This document shows positions 59,177 to 64,000 of a stretch of 64,000 nt of DNA, piece by piece (the first letter of the stretch is position 1; every line of letters begins with the position of its first letter). Origin of the DNA: Oculina patagonica (lineage: Eukaryota); assembly GCF_052425735.1 (NCBI RefSeq), contig NC_135764.1:10664001-10728000 (forward strand). The letters are read 5' to 3'. The position numbers and the translations under genes are program-made. The notes below the pieces were generated by a model, which searched no databases, was not told the DNA's origin, and saw only the letters and a list, made by a program, of their open reading frames with translations.

Positions 59177-62100
59177 TTACAACTGTATCTGTTTCTTAGA
59201 TTTATGCATCTCTATCTGAATTTTACTTTCAAGAACGGCCATGAAAGCTTCCCAGTAGTACTCTTCTTCTTTTCTGGAGGCAGTGTAAATGTAATGTTTT
59301 GCGATAATCAAGCAGAGGTTTAAACCAAGTCGACGAGAGAAGTCATTGGCAACACCGTAAATGATCATGTTTTCATCAAGAGTTATTGGCTCGGAGTTTT
59401 TGAAATTCCACCAATTAGTAAAATGAGACCAAAAGCTCTTAACTTTTGAACAGGAAGCGAAAAGATGAGGTAGTGTTTGTCTTTCAGAGCATAGGTGACA
59501 TTTATCGGTTTCTTTAAGTGCGTCTCTAAAAAGTGTTGAGTTTGTTGGCAGAATGTGATGTATAATTTTAAATTGAAAGATGGCAAGTCTGGTGTCCTTA
59601 GTAACTTTGAAAGGAAGGCTATATATGAGTTGTATTGTTTTTTCATTCAAATTTGCTTTTACCATCCTTTCTTCGGCAGTAGGTGTTACAAACTTTTTTT
59701 TGACAAAGAATCGTGTAGCCGATTTGCAAGAGAGCTTATTCAAAGGTATTCTATTGTTATCTTTACCATCCAAAGGCGCCTGGATATTTCCTTTTAGGAT
59801 ATTAACCCATTCTCTAGGGATTGAGTGGCATAATCCATGATACGTAAGAAAGTTAGCTTTGATTTTAAATCTAGAGCAGAACTCAGGAAAAGATAGAAAA
59901 GCATTGTTTTGGAAAATGTCTTTGATTTTAATGACTCCGGCTTCATGCCATTTTTTGTAATAAACAGAAACACCACCAACTTTAATGAAGCGATTGTTCC
60001 AAATAATTTCATTCAAAACTTGTTCTTTGGTGTTAGGAGAAAAATAATTTATTTTTTCCCAAGCGTAGAGAGCTTCCGAGTAAAAAGCAAGTGGTATTTC
60101 AATTTTAAGTGCTTTTAAGTCAAAATTACATTGAAGTAGAAACAAGCCTCCGACATCCCTTAGGTAGCTTAATGGTATGTAGCTCCAACTTGAAGTCTCA
60201 TTACTGTCGTTGAGTCTTTTTATCCAGGAAACTTTAAGTGCATCGTTGATTATTTCAAAATCAGGCATATCTAGTCCACCTTTTTCTCTCGGGCCGATCA
60301 TAGTCTTTTGTTTTATTTTAACTTTCTTGTTCCACACAAATTGGGTAATTGCTTGATTTACCATGTTGACAAATTTCGAAGGAAAGGTGAGCACTGATGT
60401 ATTATATACAAGTTTAGAGATTGCGAGAGATTTTAAAATCGTTATACGGCCATATAAAGTGAGGTTTCTAGGATACCATAAGTTGAGAAGGCTTTTCATT
60501 GAATTCAGTTTTTGTTCGAAGTTTTTCTTATATGCAACTTCATCATCATGTGAAAAATGAATACCTAATGCGAGTATTGAGTTGGAAGGCCAAGCTATTC
60601 CAAGGGGCTCTGTTGTATTGTTTCTGTTCGCGCCCAACCACATACCTTCAGTTTTGCTTTTATTAATCTCTAGGCCTGAACATTCCTGGAAGTTTGACAA
60701 TAATTGGAACAAATTATTTGCAGATTTTAGGTCAGAGACAAAGGCAGTTGTGTCATCGGCATATTGAGAAAGCTTAAATTCTTTGTTGTGTATATTAATT
60801 CCTTGAATAGTTTTATCAGTTCTTATTGCATTGGCTAGGATTTCAGCGCATAGGACAAATAAAATACCCGAGAGTGGACAGCCTTGACGAACGCCTCTCT
60901 CAGGCATGAAAAAGTCAGACGCATATCCGTTGTTTATGAAGCAACTGGAGCAATCCGTGTAAAAGGTTTTTATCCACTTTTGAATGCATGGACCGAAGTT
61001 AAAAGCTTGTAGGGTCTTGTGAAGAAAATTCCAGTCGACCGTGTCGAAGGCTTTCTTAAAGTCAATGAATATAGCCAGCCCAGGGATGTTTTCTAATTCA
61101 GTTACTTTCATAATATCCATAATGAGCCTAATGTTTTGACCAATATAACGCTCTTTAACGTATCCGGTTTGATCATCGTTGATTATTTTGGGAAGAACGT
61201 TTGAAATCCTATGAGCTATGGCTTTAGTTGCAATTTTGTAATCGACATTAAGTAGTGTCAGCGGTCTCCAGTTTTCAAGATATAGTTTGTCCTTACGTTT
61301 TTTTGGTATTACTTTGATAATTCCTTGTTTTTGCGTTATATTCAAATGTTGATGTTCGAATCCGTAGTTTAGACTTTGTACCAACTCTTCACCCAGCATC
61401 GACCAAAAGCGTAGATAGAACTCTACTGAAAGTCCATCGCTACCAGGGCATTTGCCCTTGGCGCACTGCTCTAAAATGTGAAGGCATTCCTCGTTACTGA
61501 GTGGGTGCTCTAGTTCATTTTTTCCAGTTTCATCTAGCTTAGCAAGATTAGGATTCTCAAAGAAAAGATTGTACTTCGAATTGTTGCACGGTGCTGCAGT
61601 ATATAGATTTTTATAGAACATCTTTCCTTGTTCTAGGATATCGTTCGGAGTAGTAATTTCTCTATCATCGTTTGTTTTCAATTTGGAAATGTGCGTCTTA
61701 AAATGGTGCCTTTTTTCTAAATTCAAGAAATATTTAGTGTTTTTTTCGCCTTGTTCATGCCAGCGTGTTCTACTTCTTATTATTGCGCCTTTAGTTCGAT
61801 ATTCCGCAATAGCGTTAAGTTCAGCTCTAAGACGATAAAATTTTAAAATGTTTTCCTTTGAACGCTCCGTCTTCAGCAAGGTCATCAAATGGTCAATTTG
61901 AGTTTGAAGGTTTCTTTCAGCATTTCTGCGTTCTCTATTTTTCCGTTTTGCATACTGGACACAAAAGCCTCTCACTTCCATTTTTATCATGTCCCAGTAG
62001 AGACCTTTATCCTCTAGATAATTGTGCTTTGTTTTGAAATCTGGTATCTTGTTAGAAAGTTCCTGTATGAATTTTTCATCGTGCAGCAGAGAGTTGTTTA

Positions 62101-62866
62101 TTTTCCAAAAACCTGGGCCTCGCTGAGTATATTCTTTTGATTGCAGATTAAGGATAATTGCAGAATGATCAGACAATGTGTAATGAACAATTGTAGAGTC
62201 TTTCACAGAGTTTGACAAGTCTTTTGAAACCAGCCAGTAATCCAGCCTGCATTGTACTTTTAGAGAGTTGTTACGCCACGTGTATTGTGACTGATTGGGG
62301 TGTTGACTCCTCCATACATCTTGTAGGTTGTATGTTTTGCATAAATTATTGATCTCGCTAATTACTGCTTTTTTCCTTTCAATAGAAGTTCCACCAGTTT
62401 TGTCTAAAGGTGCTAGGGCGCAATTGAAGTCGCCCCCAAGAATAATTTGCATATCAGCGTATTCTCGAAGGGTGTCATTGAGCTTTGAGAAGAATATTTT
62501 TTGACTGTTATTGTCGTTTGGGCTGTAAATATTGCAAAGTAGAAACGTAGAATCATACAGCGAGGCTTCTAGTAGTATATACCTTCCGTTTTTATCAGCT
62601 ATAATGTTTTTAATGCGAACATCTAATTTCGGATTAAAGAGAATTGCAACTCCTTTTGAGTGATTTGTCCCGTGACTGAAGAAAAAATTCCCTCCCCATT
62701 CTGATTTCCACATTGCTTCTATGTTTTCCGTAGAGTAAGTTTCTTGAAGGAAGATTACATCAAATTTATAGTTGTGAAGCCATCTGAAAAGTTGTCTTCT
62801 TTTTCTTGTTTGGTTTAAACCTCTTGCATTGAGTGAGCAAAACGACGCTTTAAACGGTGTTGTCAT
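59177..62866 (-). CDS. LINE ORF2: APE endonuclease + reverse transcriptase + C-terminal CCHC knuckle (1229 aa)
   Basis: SLNARGL, LQET, GGDFN, RLDY, SDH (APE); PGSDG, KAFDTV, GVRQGCPLS, YADD (RT); CHLC...HLFASC. Confidence 0.96.
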   Translation of the reverse strand: MTTPFKASFCSLNARGLNQTRKRRQLFRWLHNYKFDVIFLQETYSTENIEAMWKSEWGGNFFFSHGTNHSKGVAILFNPKLDVRIKNIIADKNGRYILLEASLYDSTFLLCNIYSPNDNNSQKIFFSKLNDTLREYADMQIILGGDFNCALAPLDKTGGTSIERKKAVISEINNLCKTYNLQDVWRSQHPNQSQYTWRNNSLKVQCRLDYWLVSKDLSNSVKDSTIVHYTLSDHSAIILNLQSKEYTQRGPGFWKINNSLLHDEKFIQELSNKIPDFKTKHNYLEDKGLYWDMIKMEVRGFCVQYAKRKNRERRNAERNLQTQIDHLMTLLKTERSKENILKFYRLRAELNAIAEYRTKGAIIRSRTRWHEQGEKNTKYFLNLEKRHHFKTHISKLKTNDDREITTPNDILEQGKMFYKNLYTAAPCNNSKYNLFFENPNLAKLDETGKNELEHPLSNEECLHILEQCAKGKCPGSDGLSVEFYLRFWSMLGEELVQSLNYGFEHQHLNITQKQGIIKVIPKKRKDKLYLENWRPLTLLNVDYKIATKAIAHRISNVLPKIINDDQTGYVKERYIGQNIRLIMDIMKVTELENIPGLAIFIDFKKAFDTVDWNFLHKTLQAFNFGPCIQKWIKTFYTDCSSCFINNGYASDFFMPERGVRQGCPLSGILFVLCAEILANAIRTDKTIQGINIHNKEFKLSQYADDTTAFVSDLKSANNLFQLLSNFQECSGLEINKSKTEGMWLGANRNNTTEPLGIAWPSNSILALGIHFSHDDEVAYKKNFEQKLNSMKSLLNLWYPRNLTLYGRITILKSLAISKLVYNTSVLTFPSKFVNMVNQAITQFVWNKKVKIKQKTMIGPREKGGLDMPDFEIINDALKVSWIKRLNDSNETSSWSYIPLSYLRDVGGLFLLQCNFDLKALKIEIPLAFYSEALYAWEKINYFSPNTKEQVLNEIIWNNRFIKVGGVSVYYKKWHEAGVIKIKDIFQNNAFLSFPEFCSRFKIKANFLTYHGLCHSIPREWVNILKGNIQAPLDGKDNNRIPLNKLSCKSATRFFVKKKFVTPTAEERMVKANLNEKTIQLIYSLPFKVTKDTRLAIFQFKIIHHILPTNSTLFRDALKETDKCHLCSERQTLPHLFASCSKVKSFWSHFTNWWNFKNSEPITLDENMIIYGVANDFSRRLGLNLCLIIAKHYIYTASRKEEEYYWEAFMAVLESKIQIEMHKSKKQIQL

Positions 62867-63516
62867 ATCCTGATATTGTGTGATTCTTTCTTACTGAAAC
62901 AGTTGTAATCCGATTTGTGATATTTAACATATTTGGATTGTAATAACATGTTGCTATCCTTATAGCTTGTTTTTAAAAATGTAAACAAGGCATAATGGTC
63001 TCTTATAATTGATTGAGTATAGTTGTTTACTTGTAGATATTACTGTATTACTAGATAGTTGCCAAGAAACCTGTAGAAGAAATATTAACATAGAAACGAA
63101 AATCCTAAGAACTACAAAAATACAAGACACACGTGAACGACAGAAACGTGCCAGTTTATAGAAAAAAAAAAACTAGCACGGTGAAACTACTTTGCCGAGC
63201 GCCGAGTCAGCAAAGGAAGGCAAGGGAGCTGTATGATTATTAAATAACTAAATAGAAAGACTCCCTTGAATATATAAACAATGGCGAGAATGCATCTAGG
63301 GAATATGTCGCAAGCACTTTGCAAACGTAATTAATGCACGAAAGAAAGAAAAATACACATTTCGACAAGTAAGCAGAACTAAATAACCGTCAGTAGACTG
63401 AAGCCCGAAAACATTAAATAAAAAAGCAAGAAAAAGAAACAAATATTAATAGAAAAAATTACCAAAAAAAAAGGAAAAAAAACTAGCCGATTTATGTTTT
63501 TAGAAATAGGTTAGAT

Positions 63517-64000
63517 TTAATGATCGTTGCCATGTTTTGAAGGCAGCAGATACTCTGGAATATTGTCAACTGTGTAGCTACTGCTGTTAACAAAAAGTTT
63601 GTTACCTTTAATGAAAGCCCGAGATATGTTCAGTTCCCTTGATTTCCTGAGCGCCGCTCTAAGTTTCGCTCGAATTTTGGCAGACTCTGCGGAGAGATCT
63701 TTGTCAATAAAGACCCTTGACAAAGCGGGATTTTGGAGCAGCTCTTTTCTTCTTCCCCAAACAGCGTCTGCATCCATTCTTGAAACAAATCTGACCAGTA
63801 TCGGGCGTGGGCGGTCTCGAGGGCGGTGCGCCTGATCACTCATTGTTGTATCACTTTGATGACTGCTCGCTGCGGGAAGATTCTCTTGTTGTTGTTGTTG
63901 TTTCCCGACGCGATGAATAGCATGATAACTGATCTCGTTCGGGTCAAGTCCAAGAGCGGTTACGACTTCCTTCACTTTGTCACAGCATTGCTCGTTCGTT
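63517..64000 (-). CDS. LINE ORF1, C-terminal part (L1 ORF1p/RRM-like)
   Basis: IHRVG...RPRPILVRFV...VFIDKDLS motif typical of L1-clade ORF1; lies upstream of ORF2. Confidence 0.75.
   Translation of the reverse strand, partial: TNEQCCDKVKEVVTALGLDPNEISYHAIHRVGKQQQQQENLPAASSHQSDTTMSDQAHRPRDRPRPILVRFVSRMDADAVWGRRKELLQNPALSRVFIDKDLSAESAKIRAKLRAALRKSRELNISRAFIKGNKLFVNSSSYTVDNIPEYLLPSKHGNDH

Larger units (their letters stand above)
58878..64000 (-). mobile_element. L1/Tx1-type non-LTR retrotransposon, intronic, antisense; 5' end outside the window
   Basis: 37-nt poly(A) tail (T run 58878-58914), AATAAA on the - strand at 58926-58931, intact ORF2, upstream ORF1 3' part. Confidence 0.93.

Overview
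Eukaryotic (animal) genomic DNA. The repeat content and gene style suggest an anthozoan or stony coral, but this is inference only. The + strand carries two tandem, apparently paralogous genes for secreted WAP/VWA proteins, built mostly from symmetric phase-1 one-domain exons. Gene A (5' end outside the window; 18..8174; about 1,000 aa seen) reads WAP-VWA-VWA-Thr/Pro linker-VWA-WAP-WAP-VWA with a short basic tail. Gene B starts at a signal-peptide exon absent from the ORF track (12877..12949), followed by a WAP exon also absent from the track (14960..15109) and at least 28 tandem VWA domains. It spans about 16.2 kb of coding sequence (about 5,400 aa) and is still open at the last exon seen (58308). 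Only the first VWA of gene B has an intact MIDAS. The other 27 have lost the MIDAS Asp, usually carry Arg at the MIDAS Thr position, and the whole array has no Cys. Two gene B exons carry frameshifts. Introns hold an apparently young antisense L1/Tx1-type LINE with an intact ORF2, a 5'-truncated LINE with a TSD, tRNA-derived SINEs, many MITEs and minimal hammerhead-ribozyme motifs. They also hold several unrelated non-autonomous elements that share one architecture: a long terminal hairpin capped on one specific strand by a GNA triloop and tandem GA/GA pairs, which points to a folded ssDNA intermediate. There is one assembly gap (51081..51251) and a few low-quality-looking stretches.
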